A stretch of 32,000 bases of DNA from Caedibacter taeniospiralis (GCF_002803295.2 NZ_PGGB02000013.1:1-32000); one strand, 5' to 3'. Shown: positions 19,417 through 27,650, counted from the stretch's first letter. Numbers and translations are program-made. The notes: generated by a model from the sequence alone, not told the origin.

Positions 19417-19746
19417 CTATTGGTCAGTATTGCTCGCACCGCAAGAACCGTCACTATCTTTCATGTTTGAGCCGCAAGCACCATCACTGTCTTTCATGTT
19501 GGCGCCACAAGATCTGTCTGCTTTATTACCCATTGAATCAGCACTTGCCCCATCCATGTTTTTCTGTTGCGTGCCCATTTTGTTTGCGCCGCATTTTCCA
19601 GCACCACATTGACCATCTGCTTTTTGCATGAATTGTCCTGAGCCCATTTGCGTAGCCTGCATAGTATTGGAGTCAGCATAACTTGCGCTCATTGCAAGAC
19701 TCAAAGCTAACCCTGTTCCCATAGCGATTAATGATTTTTTATCCAT
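19417..19746 (-). CDS. Secreted Cys/Met-rich low-complexity precursor peptide (HvfA-like MNIO substrate candidate)
   Basis: The ATG at 19746 has AGGAG 8 nt upstream. Sec-type signal MDKKSLIAMGTGLALSLAMSASYA, then DSNTMQATQMGSGQFMQKADGQCGAGKCGANKMGTQQKNMDGASADSMGNKADRSCGANMKDSDGACGSNMKDSDGSCGASNTDQ. All 5 Cys sit in a C-G-(A/S) context. It lies 20 nt upstream of the MNIO gene. Confidence 0.75.
   Translation of the reverse strand: MDKKSLIAMGTGLALSLAMSASYADSNTMQATQMGSGQFMQKADGQCGAGKCGANKMGTQQKNMDGASADSMGNKADRSCGANMKDSDGACGSNMKDSDGSCGASNTDQ
19439..19504. repeat. Imperfect 33-bp tandem duplication inside the precursor gene
   Basis: CCGCAAGAACCGTCACTATCTTTCATGTTTGAG versus CCGCAAGCACCATCACTGTCTTTCATGTTGGCG (28/33 identical by hand). 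These encode the CG(A/S)NMKDSDG(A/S) units. A third, degraded unit follows. Confidence 0.8.
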
Positions 19747-19924
19747 TTTATTTTCTCCTTTAATTACAGTTATGTAAAGAATCACACCAATGATGCAAGT
19801 GAAGGCGCACGCTTAGAGTGATCATTCCGAGCATTAGGCTATTATGATATTTTTTGATTTGCAATGGAAATACAAATTTATTTCAAGGTGATTGGTGAAC
19901 TATGGGATAAAGATGAAAGGACGA

Positions 19925-20131
19925 GGCGAAACTTTATAGTGCCACCCATAACTGCCGCTGCTTACATGGCTCTTGAACCCTCAAGAACCAAGTGGGTGCG
20001 CTCGCTGTTTCTTGGGCTTCTCAGTCATGCTGAGCATGCACGCCAAAACAAGTACTACGCTCCCGATATTTATACATCGGCTCAAGAATGTAAAGACTGG
20101 CTAACAGCACAGGCGACACTAAACTTCGACT
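19925..20131 (-). ncRNA. ssrS: 6S RNA
   Basis: The minus-strand transcript contains, in E. coli 6S order, GCCAGUC, UGAGCCGAU, GCAUGCUC, GAGAAGCC, CUUGGUUCUUGAGGGUUCAAG and GCGGC. The ends form a long closing stem: 5' CGAAGUUUAGUGUCGCC pairs with 3' GGUGGCAC(UA)U(A)AAGUUUCG. The ends are approximate, within about 10 nt. Confidence 0.8.
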
Positions 20132-20134
20132 TAG

Positions 20135-20163
20135 ATCATAGAAGTATCCGTGCTTGAGTGCAA
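20135..20163 (-). promoter_or_regulatory. Sigma70-type promoter for ssrS
   Basis: On the minus strand: TTGCAC (20163-20158), a 17-nt spacer, then TATGAT (20140-20135). This places the start about 5-8 nt downstream, at the base of the 6S closing stem. Confidence 0.5.
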
Positions 20164-20247
20164 GCGATTTGTCGTAAAAAAAATTTAGATAAAAATAAAC
20201 GACAATGATACGATGGGCGCATGCTGATTTTAATGACTTAAATAATA

Positions 20248-20823
20248 ATGGAAACAATACAAAAATATAGCTTATCTGATTATCAGGAAATTACGTATGC
20301 CTTAAGAAAAATAAACGCGCTGTCAGAGGCTTCGGAAGCACATGCTTTACTTTGTGCCTTGTTCACAGGTGGAGCTGAGGTTCGCATTCAAGCATGGATG
20401 GACTCTCTCATGGCTGAGCCCATTGAAGAGGGTGATGTTGTTGCAGAAGCTGCATTAAAAGTACTAAGCAATATGTATCAAGCAACCAAGGCGCAGTTTT
20501 TAGCGCATGATATGCAGTTTGATTTGTTATTGCCAAGTGATGAAGAAAAGTTTTATGTGCGCATAGATGCGCTTGCAATGTGGTGCCAGGGCTTTTTGTC
20601 TGGACTTGGGTTAATGGAAATCAACTACACCAAAGGATCTGCTGAAGTCCAAGAGGCGATTACAGATTTAATTGATATGTCGCGCTTGCAGTATGATGGT
20701 GAGATTACAGGGCAGGAAGAGGAAGAAAAAGCCTATACCGAACTTGTCGAATACACTAAAGTTGCGGTACTTCTTATCCACAGTGAGTTTGGGTTAAAGC
20801 GCTCATATGCAGAAAGCCAATGA
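20248..20823 (+). CDS. ygfB: UPF0149 family protein YgfB
   Basis: 191 aa. ASEAHALLCALFTGG...RIDALAMWCQGFLSGLGL...ITDLIDMSRLQYD...LVEYTKVAVLLIH parallels E. coli YgfB. Its position upstream of ubiH supports the call. Confidence 0.85.
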   Translation: METIQKYSLSDYQEITYALRKINALSEASEAHALLCALFTGGAEVRIQAWMDSLMAEPIEEGDVVAEAALKVLSNMYQATKAQFLAHDMQFDLLLPSDEEKFYVRIDALAMWCQGFLSGLGLMEINYTKGSAEVQEAITDLIDMSRLQYDGEITGQEEEEKAYTELVEYTKVAVLLIHSEFGLKRSYAESQ

Positions 20824-22054
20824 AATGAGTACGGATCATAAAGAGATTGTCATTATTGGTGGTGGCGCCGTTGGAATGCTTATGGCATTGGCGTTATCAA
20901 GCTTAGATAAAAAAATTACTTTAATTGAAAAACAATCAGTGTTGCAATCAGATAAAGTTGATAATCGTTCAATTGCACTTTCGTATACCTCAGTATGTGT
21001 GCTTAATGCCTTAGGTGTCTGGCAGAAAATTGAGCAGGATGTTGAACTAATCAAACAGGTACACGTATCGGATAAAAGGGGTTTCAGCCAAACTAATTTA
21101 TTCGCTAAGGACGAAGGTTTACCTTTTCTGGGTTGCGTTGTTAAACTAAGGCATTTAGTGCCAGTGCTTTTTGAATTACTGCAAAATCAGATGCAACTAG
21201 AGATATGGCAAGACACTGAGGTGGTTGATCTATGTGAACAAGGAGATGGTGAGTTTCAGTTATTGATAGCGAAAACGGGGCAAGAAACCAAAGTAAATGC
21301 CAGACTGATTGTTGCTGCGGATGGAGCTTGGTCGAAGCTTCGGACTAAAGCGGGCATTGCATCGACTGAATATGATTATCAGCAAAGCGCGTTGGTATTT
21401 GATATTCAGCTGCAAAAGTCACATCAGAATATCGCGTATGAGCGTTTTATTCATGACGGAGTTATGGCGATGTTGCCTGTGACCAAAAAGCAGATGGCGT
21501 GCGTTTGGAGTGTGGATCGTGAAAAAGTAGCGTACTGGCATCAGCAGAGTAAAAGCACTATTTTAAAGGAAGTTCAGCGCATTTTCTCCTATCGCTTGGG
21601 GCGTTTTGTAGATATCGGTGAGATCAGCAGTTTCCCACTATCCTTGATTCAAGCACAATCGCTTTTTTGTAAAAATTTACTGGTATTTGGTAATGCCTCT
21701 CATTTTTTGCATCCTATTTCTGGGCAAGGATTGAATTTGAGTATTCGTGATATTGGCATTTTGTATGATTTACTAAAGCAAGAGCACCATTTCTCGCATG
21801 AGAGCATTGAAAATATGCTGGCAGCATATCAGCGGCTAAGGCAATTTGATCACAAACGCACGGCGATGCTAACACACACTATGCTTCAGGTTTTTAATCA
21901 ATCCTCAATGCCGATAAAATTGTTCCGTGGTGTTCTGCTTCACTGTTTAGAACGTGATCAAATTTTTAAAAAGACATTTAGTAGACTGATGATGGGCAAA
22001 TATAATTATGGATCAACCTTGGCTCAGCAGGTGAATTTATGCAATATGAGGTGA
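20807..22054 (+). CDS. ubiH: FAD-dependent ubiquinone-biosynthesis hydroxylase (UbiH-like)
   Basis: The GxGxxG motif IVIIGGGAVGMLMA, the DG motif LIVAADGAWS and GNASHFLHPISGQGLNL are present. An alternative start at the ATG at 20825 lies 1 nt after the ygfB stop. Confidence 0.85.
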   Translation: MQKANEMSTDHKEIVIIGGGAVGMLMALALSSLDKKITLIEKQSVLQSDKVDNRSIALSYTSVCVLNALGVWQKIEQDVELIKQVHVSDKRGFSQTNLFAKDEGLPFLGCVVKLRHLVPVLFELLQNQMQLEIWQDTEVVDLCEQGDGEFQLLIAKTGQETKVNARLIVAADGAWSKLRTKAGIASTEYDYQQSALVFDIQLQKSHQNIAYERFIHDGVMAMLPVTKKQMACVWSVDREKVAYWHQQSKSTILKEVQRIFSYRLGRFVDIGEISSFPLSLIQAQSLFCKNLLVFGNASHFLHPISGQGLNLSIRDIGILYDLLKQEHHFSHESIENMLAAYQRLRQFDHKRTAMLTHTMLQVFNQSSMPIKLFRGVLLHCLERDQIFKKTFSRLMMGKYNYGSTLAQQVNLCNMR

Positions 22055-23211
22055 TTGTTGTTGGTGCTGGCATGGCGGGTCTTACGTGCGCGCTTGGCTT
22101 AGCGCAAAGTGGGTTTAAAGTGGCAATTATTGAGGCAAATAAAATAGCTAAAGATTTTGAAATCACTCAATCGATTAAGCGTGTCAGTGCCATCAATCAG
22201 GACTCGCAGCAATTGCTGCGAAAATTAAGTGTCTGGCAGGATATGATTGAGCTTAGAGCGAGTGATTACGTAGGCATGGAAGTATGGGATCAAAATTCAT
22301 CCGCCAAACTTGAGTTTAAGGCGCATGATTTTTCTTTGATGAGTTTAGGAACAATTATTGAGAATGATTTAATTGTCGCTAAGCTATATCAGCGTTTAAA
22401 GGCGATGGATGTCCATTTTTTTGAAGGAGTACATATTACTGAAGTTTCGCAATCTCACTATACAAACATGCTAAAGTTGGCAGATGATTTAATGCTTGAG
22501 TGTCAGTTAATCGTTGGGGCTGATGGGGCTCATTCTTTTATTCGTCAATTTTTTAGATTTAGTTGTAAACACATGCCCTACCAGCATCGTGCGATTGTTG
22601 CTAATATCAGGACACAAAAAAAACATGCTAATATTGCCTATCAGCGATTCTTACGTAATGGAGTATTGGCGTTTTTACCATTATCTCAGCCAGATGTGTG
22701 CTCAATCGTTTATTCGGTTAATACCCAACAGGCAGGCGATTTTTTGGCAATGAATGATGCTGCTTTTAGTGATCATATCAGCATTGCTTTAGAGGGTCGC
22801 TTAGGCGAGCTTAAGACCCAAAGTCCGAGAATGAGTTTTGAATTAATAGAGCGTCATACAGAGCGCTACTGTCAGGATGGCGTCGTGCTCATTGCCGATG
22901 CTGCACATACGATTCACCCATTGGCAGGGCAGGGCATTAATCTTGGTTTTGCTGATGTTAAAGCATTGATTGATGTCTTAAACGAGGCTAAGGCTCAAAA
23001 GCGCAATATTGCAGCGATGAGTACTCTGGCAAAATATGAGCGCAAACGTAGATTTGATAATCAATTGATGATTGAAATGATGCGCGGTTTAAAGCGGCTT
23101 TTTTGTAATGATAATCTTTTGCTTCGACCATTAAGGGAGCTCGGTATGAATCCGGTGAATAACAACAGGCTGTTAAAGCGCTTTTTTATTGAAAGAGCAG
23201 CAGGTTTATAG
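22039..23211 (+). CDS. ubiI: FAD-dependent ubiquinone-biosynthesis hydroxylase (UbiI/VisC- or UbiF-like)
   Basis: VIVVGAGMAGLTCA, LIVGADGAHS and ADAAHTIHPLAGQGINLG. It overlaps ubiH by 16 nt, matching the ubiH-ubiI order of E. coli. Confidence 0.75.
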   Translation: MQYEVIVVGAGMAGLTCALGLAQSGFKVAIIEANKIAKDFEITQSIKRVSAINQDSQQLLRKLSVWQDMIELRASDYVGMEVWDQNSSAKLEFKAHDFSLMSLGTIIENDLIVAKLYQRLKAMDVHFFEGVHITEVSQSHYTNMLKLADDLMLECQLIVGADGAHSFIRQFFRFSCKHMPYQHRAIVANIRTQKKHANIAYQRFLRNGVLAFLPLSQPDVCSIVYSVNTQQAGDFLAMNDAAFSDHISIALEGRLGELKTQSPRMSFELIERHTERYCQDGVVLIADAAHTIHPLAGQGINLGFADVKALIDVLNEAKAQKRNIAAMSTLAKYERKRRFDNQLMIEMMRGLKRLFCNDNLLLRPLRELGMNPVNNNRLLKRFFIERAAGL

Positions 23212-23292
23212 AGCAGCTGGTTTTGCCAATGATTCAACTACAGTAATCGTGTAACGTTTTAAAAATTAGAGTTAGTCCTGCAAAAAAATAGC

Positions 23293-24285
23293 TTATCCCA
23301 TTATGCTGTGATCGTTGCATTCTGATTCCCCAGTAACCTCTGCGGTATGCTTGTACAAGTAGGCTAATAATGCCTTTTCTTGCGTCGTAAAGTTGAGTGG
23401 TGCTTTGTTAAAACTTGACCTGGTATAGTAAGGCGTTACTTCTTTAATCCAGTGAGTCAGTTTCATATAGTGGTTTTGATCGTATGTATTAAGCTCAACG
23501 AGCTGACCGTTTTTAACTTCAAGAGAGAAGCTTATATTATTAAAAACAAAACGGCGACTAAAGGGCAAAGTTTTACCAAAACGCCATTGCCATGTGCGGA
23601 GAGTTTTTTGTTCTTTTACAATTAGGGGGTGGGATAGATTGTCTGGTAAATAGGTAATTTGCTGCTGAAATTGGTGTAGAAAGGCATTTTCAATAATGGC
23701 TATGGTTGTTTGTGTATTAATTTCACTGAGATTAATTACCTTTGAGCGATTGGATGGAACGCCTTTTGATGTAAGTGAATCATCTATCGTGTGGTGCAGG
23801 TAGTTATATAGCTTGCTTGTATCTGCATTAATCAGTAGCGTGCCATGGTGAAAGGATTTATCTCTGGTTTCACGGAAAGCGCTGCCTGAGATTTTGTAGT
23901 CAGTATTCTTATACGTAACCAGAATATCATTGTGTGGTGAGGCATGGGCATTAATGCCACAACACCTTAGGATATCAATGATTAGTGCCAAATTAGCCTG
24001 TTTATTATAATCCTCTGATTTTGCCATGATCGTATAGTTTAAATTACCCAGATCATGATAAACCGTGCCACCACCACTTTGACGGCGCACGATGGGGATA
24101 CGATCTTTATTTAAGGCATCGATATTACATTCACGCCATGGGTTTTGCGCGCGACCAATCACGACACAAGGGCTGTTTTGCCATAAATATAAAATAGGGG
24201 TGTCAGTCAGCATTTCACGAAATAGCCAGTTTTCAACAGCCAGGTTATAGAAAGGGTCACGACTTGTAGCGATATAGAGGTTCAT
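23293..24285 (-). CDS. lplA: Lipoate-protein ligase A
   Basis: MNLYIATSRDPFYNLAVENWLF...VVIGRAQNPWRECN...RRQSGGGTVYHDLGNLNYT...KISGSAFRETRDKSFHHGTLLINAD parallels E. coli LplA from residue 1. I therefore prefer the ATG at 24285 over the track's GTG at 24426. Confidence 0.9.
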   Translation of the reverse strand: MNLYIATSRDPFYNLAVENWLFREMLTDTPILYLWQNSPCVVIGRAQNPWRECNIDALNKDRIPIVRRQSGGGTVYHDLGNLNYTIMAKSEDYNKQANLALIIDILRCCGINAHASPHNDILVTYKNTDYKISGSAFRETRDKSFHHGTLLINADTSKLYNYLHHTIDDSLTSKGVPSNRSKVINLSEINTQTTIAIIENAFLHQFQQQITYLPDNLSHPLIVKEQKTLRTWQWRFGKTLPFSRRFVFNNISFSLEVKNGQLVELNTYDQNHYMKLTHWIKEVTPYYTRSSFNKAPLNFTTQEKALLAYLYKHTAEVTGESECNDHSIMG

Positions 24286-24436
24286 TTGTTTAGGTATTTT
24301 GTATTTTGAGGGTGGTAATTTTAGAGAAAAGTGAGAACTAAAGCCAATGTAAATTGGTTTAAACAAATATTCATGAATCGGAAGCTTTCCATAAAAGGCA
24401 ACGTAAGGGTATTTTGGCGAAAGCACATTAAGACCT

Positions 24437-24642
24437 TTATTTCAATTGTTTAAGCTCGTCCACACTTAAGCCAGTTGCTTTTGAGATTTGCTCATCTGTA
24501 AGACCCAATTGTTTTAAATTCTTCGCCACCTCAAATTTTCCCTTGAGAATCCCTTTTTCAATTCCTGTCTCTATGCCTTCTGCCCTGGCAAGCTCCATGT
24601 TCTGGATGTAGGCAGAATGCTCATCTTCGATTTTCTCATCTG
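24437..24642 (-). pseudogene. Rpn/YhgA-like (PD-(D/E)XK transposase_31) family protein, C-terminal remnant
   Basis: The minus-strand frame opens immediately after a TAA and reads ADEKIEDEHSAYIQNMELARAEGIETGIEKGILKGKFEVAKNLKQLGLTDEQISKATGLSVDELKQLK*. This is the characteristic C-terminal EG.E.G...GK.E.A..L...G....I...TGLS..E motif of Rpn-family proteins. The nuclease domain is absent. Confidence 0.55.
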
Positions 24643-24674
24643 CTTATTTTTAGACCTGCTGGGTAGTTACGTTT

Positions 24675-25856
24675 TTATAAACTCCCCTCAATCATCGCAT
24701 TTGCCGCCATTACCAAGGGTGAAATAACCTCAGTAGCTCCAAGTGATCTGGCTTTTTGGATATTGTTTTTCTGATTGATACGTATGGTGATTTTAGCTTG
24801 GTTTGATCCTGGGTTAGCTTGAAAAAACTCATTAATACTAAGCAAGGTCAGAATATTATCTGCATCTTTCTCAGATCCAATAATAATTGCATGTGCATCT
24901 TTAAGGCTTGCTTTATCCAGGATTTCGGGATCATTCGCATTGCCATGCAGTGTTACAGCCCTAAGTTCAGCGGTGTCAGCGTTTTCATTGTGCTCGCTGT
25001 CAATAATTAGAAATTTTTTACTTTGGTGTAGTAACTCACGAACAATAATGTGAGTCAGATCATTTAAGCCACAAATAATAATATGATCTTTCATATGTTT
25101 TTTCCCCTTGTTAAATGTTTGAAACAGGTTTTGCAAGCGATCAATAAACGCACTAACAATAAAAGTTAAAATGGCGGCAAAGGCGCCAAGACCAATAAAA
25201 ATCATCGATATTACAAATAAACGGGCTTCATTTGTAATCGGGGTGATATCGCCGTAACCCACGGTACTAAAAGTGACGACAGTAAAATAAATGGCATCAG
25301 ACCAATCCTTAATTCCATTGAATTGGTCACGCAATAAATAAGCTCCGATAACACCATATGAGAACGCAAAGATAAAAGACAGGATAACGATAAATTGTGG
25401 GTAACTGAGCTTTATGCTCTGTGAGTGGACATTAAAAACTTTCCAACTAACGGCAAGACCAAGTATTTCTATAAAGTAAAACCATGTCAAGAAACCTGAG
25501 CGTGAATAGACAAAAATATTAGTTAAAAATAAGGCGATAAGCATCAATAATGCCAGTATCCAGAAAAGTCGCAGGCGTCGGTATATACCTCGCCCAATGA
25601 GAAGCATTAAGTAACCAACAAGGCATGAGATGAGGGTATTAAACTCTTTAAATTCCTGTTCTACGATAATGTGATCCACAAACCGTACTCCCTCATCATG
25701 AATGGCAGCTTTGATAAAAGGAAAAACCCCAATTAAAATAGCAAAAATACCATTTAGAAACAGTAAGATGGCAAGGAACAAAGGAATGTTAAAACGTATG
25801 ATTTTCTTTTGGCAGAAAGTCAGCAATCTTTGCATAAGCGATCCTGGTTTGATCAA
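24675..25856 (-). CDS. Potassium channel with a C-terminal RCK/TrkA-N domain
   Basis: Selectivity filter FSTVGYGDITP, multiple TM helices, and the Rossmann-like HIIICGLNDLTHIIVREL after the pore. Confidence 0.85.
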   Translation of the reverse strand: MIKPGSLMQRLLTFCQKKIIRFNIPLFLAILLFLNGIFAILIGVFPFIKAAIHDEGVRFVDHIIVEQEFKEFNTLISCLVGYLMLLIGRGIYRRLRLFWILALLMLIALFLTNIFVYSRSGFLTWFYFIEILGLAVSWKVFNVHSQSIKLSYPQFIVILSFIFAFSYGVIGAYLLRDQFNGIKDWSDAIYFTVVTFSTVGYGDITPITNEARLFVISMIFIGLGAFAAILTFIVSAFIDRLQNLFQTFNKGKKHMKDHIIICGLNDLTHIIVRELLHQSKKFLIIDSEHNENADTAELRAVTLHGNANDPEILDKASLKDAHAIIIGSEKDADNILTLLSINEFFQANPGSNQAKITIRINQKNNIQKARSLGATEVISPLVMAANAMIEGSL

Positions 25857-25972
25857 AATAGGTGTTTAATTGCCTTTATACCTTAGATAACTCTACGCTG
25901 AAGTCAATAAAGATGTGTGTTTACGGTTTGTATTTCTTGCGGTGATCAGTGTTTTATCGTATGGCGGTAAAA

Positions 25973-26109
25973 TACTATAACCATCTTCCCGCCCATTTTA
26001 CTTTAAACACCCCGTCCGCACGCCTGACCACTTTGAAGTGGTCAGGCAAGTGTCCACCCCTCTTGGAAAGAGGGGAATTTAACGCAAGGGCGGGAAGACG
26101 GTCAGAGCC
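25973..26109. mobile_element. MITE-like element, variant copy with different internal hairpins
   Basis: The ends ...ACCATCTTCCCGCCCA (left) and GGGCGGGAAGACGGTCAGAGCC (right) are inverted repeats of each other and match the left end of the 12448 copy. Internal perfect hairpins are CCTGACCAC-TTTGAA-GTGGTCAGG and CCCCTCTT-GGAA-AGAGGGG. The left boundary is uncertain and there is no clean TSD. Confidence 0.6.
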
Positions 26110-26186
26110 AAATAACAAAACCTTAAAATTCAACGTACAGGTTGATAGCGCATGCTTTTGGTTGAATAGCTGCTGCTGTATCCCTA

Positions 26187-27650
26187 TTAATTCAACTGAT
26201 GACCAAGTTTTGAAACAAACTGCTCACTAGTGACTATCAGGAAAAAGACGATGGCAAGCATAATGGTCGCAATAATTGAACTGGCTACTAACATTAAAAC
26301 CCATAAAAACAGGGTAAAGCTTAATGCAAACCAGTTAAATCCACCTTGCTTTAGCTGCAATACTGCATAAACTGCCATCATGATCGTGATGGCTAAGTTA
26401 TTTAGTAGAAAATCTTTTACAGGCAAAGTTGCCAATAGCAACGCTAAAACAACAAACACGAACAAGGTCATGAACTTGGTCGATATTTTTTTACTTCCTA
26501 AGACAGCAAGTGATAAGGGTGCTCCCATGTAGCCAAGGACGTTAAAAGCTGTGGTTATTACCATCAAAGATGCCCAGCTCGCTGAGTTTAGTAGAACAAT
26601 AATGCCAATAATAAAGTTCAACAGTAGTGAACGCTTGGATAAGTGGTGCACAGGGCACAGCTTAGCGATCCAACGCGGCATTTGTCCTTTTTCTGCCATG
26701 GCATACAGCATTCTTGAGCATGATCCTAAATAAGTTAAGCCAGTGATGGATGGGCTGACAATAGAATCTGCGATCAATAAAATGGTCAAAAAGTTTAAGC
26801 CTAAAAGCATGGTTAAATTGACTAAAGGACTTGAGAAATTAAGAGCTGCCCAGCCTTTTTCTGCCACTTCCTGTGGCATTGCCGTCATAAAAGTAAACTG
26901 TAGCAGCATATAGAGTGCTAAAGTTATGGCAATGGAAATAATAATCGCAAGCGGAATGTTGCGTGTTGGGTTTTTAATTTCACTGGCAAAGGACGCAACT
27001 ACTTGAAAGCCATTAAAAGCGTAGACAAGACCTGCGCCAATCAAGGCGGTTTGAATAGAGCTTGCGTTATAATGATTGACGGCAAGATCAAGGTTTGTAG
27101 CATCAAAGTGCGCTACTAATAAGACAATGATGGTTAAGGTTGGAATGCTGATCTTGAAAACTGTCGAGACGTTATTGACATAGGCAAGCAACTTGATACC
27201 AAAATAATTGACAATAAAGTAGATTCCTAAGATAACAATGGCGAAAATCTTACCAGACCAGGTCAAACTGTTCCCGTGATATAGGGTTGTAAATTTAACA
27301 AAAGGGCTTAGATATTGTACCGTTGCTTGTGCTTCAGTGGGAATCATTGCCAATAAACCAAACCAGATAGCAAAGGCAAACACCATGCCAAAATCTTTAC
27401 CATGACTTAAGGATACACATTTTGCATTGAGTCCACGTTCTGGGAAAAGTGCACATAACCTGGCAAAGCACAACCCCACGATGATTGCAATAAACGCAGC
27501 AAGGATCCAGGCAATAAATGCGTAGTTTCCCGCAAGTTGCGCATTTAACTGTGCACTAAAAAGCCATCCTGAACCAACCATTGAGGTGACGGGAATGGCA
27601 ATGGCTGAAAACAGCCCTATCTTGTGTCTTTGCATTGAATAATCTCCCAT
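26187..27650 (-). CDS. APC-superfamily amino acid permease
   Basis: 487 aa, about 12 hydrophobic segments. The N-terminal SAIAIPVTSMVGSGWLF resembles the APC signature region. An alternative start is the ATG at 27635. Confidence 0.8.
   Translation of the reverse strand: MGDYSMQRHKIGLFSAIAIPVTSMVGSGWLFSAQLNAQLAGNYAFIAWILAAFIAIIVGLCFARLCALFPERGLNAKCVSLSHGKDFGMVFAFAIWFGLLAMIPTEAQATVQYLSPFVKFTTLYHGNSLTWSGKIFAIVILGIYFIVNYFGIKLLAYVNNVSTVFKISIPTLTIIVLLVAHFDATNLDLAVNHYNASSIQTALIGAGLVYAFNGFQVVASFASEIKNPTRNIPLAIIISIAITLALYMLLQFTFMTAMPQEVAEKGWAALNFSSPLVNLTMLLGLNFLTILLIADSIVSPSITGLTYLGSCSRMLYAMAEKGQMPRWIAKLCPVHHLSKRSLLLNFIIGIIVLLNSASWASLMVITTAFNVLGYMGAPLSLAVLGSKKISTKFMTLFVFVVLALLLATLPVKDFLLNNLAITIMMAVYAVLQLKQGGFNWFALSFTLFLWVLMLVASSIIATIMLAIVFFLIVTSEQFVSKLGHQLN

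Noticed and set aside
19263-19679. ORFs 19263..19631(+), 19430..19612(+) and 19494..19679(-) overlapping the precursor and MNIO genes
   Set aside because: These are alternative-frame or antisense readings of a low-complexity tandem-repeat region. The frame with a signal peptide, a Shine-Dalgarno sequence and the C-G-(A/S) periodicity is the coherent one.
19864-20157. 97-aa plus-strand ORF from the supplied track
   Set aside because: It lies exactly antisense to a region with strong 6S RNA primary- and secondary-structure signatures. It has no recognisable protein motifs and no Shine-Dalgarno sequence.
25949-26230. 93-aa plus-strand ORF
   Set aside because: It reads straight through the MITE-like element and its hairpins, and its translation is repeat-derived (…HLPAHFTLNTPSARLTTLKWSGKCPPLLERGEF…).
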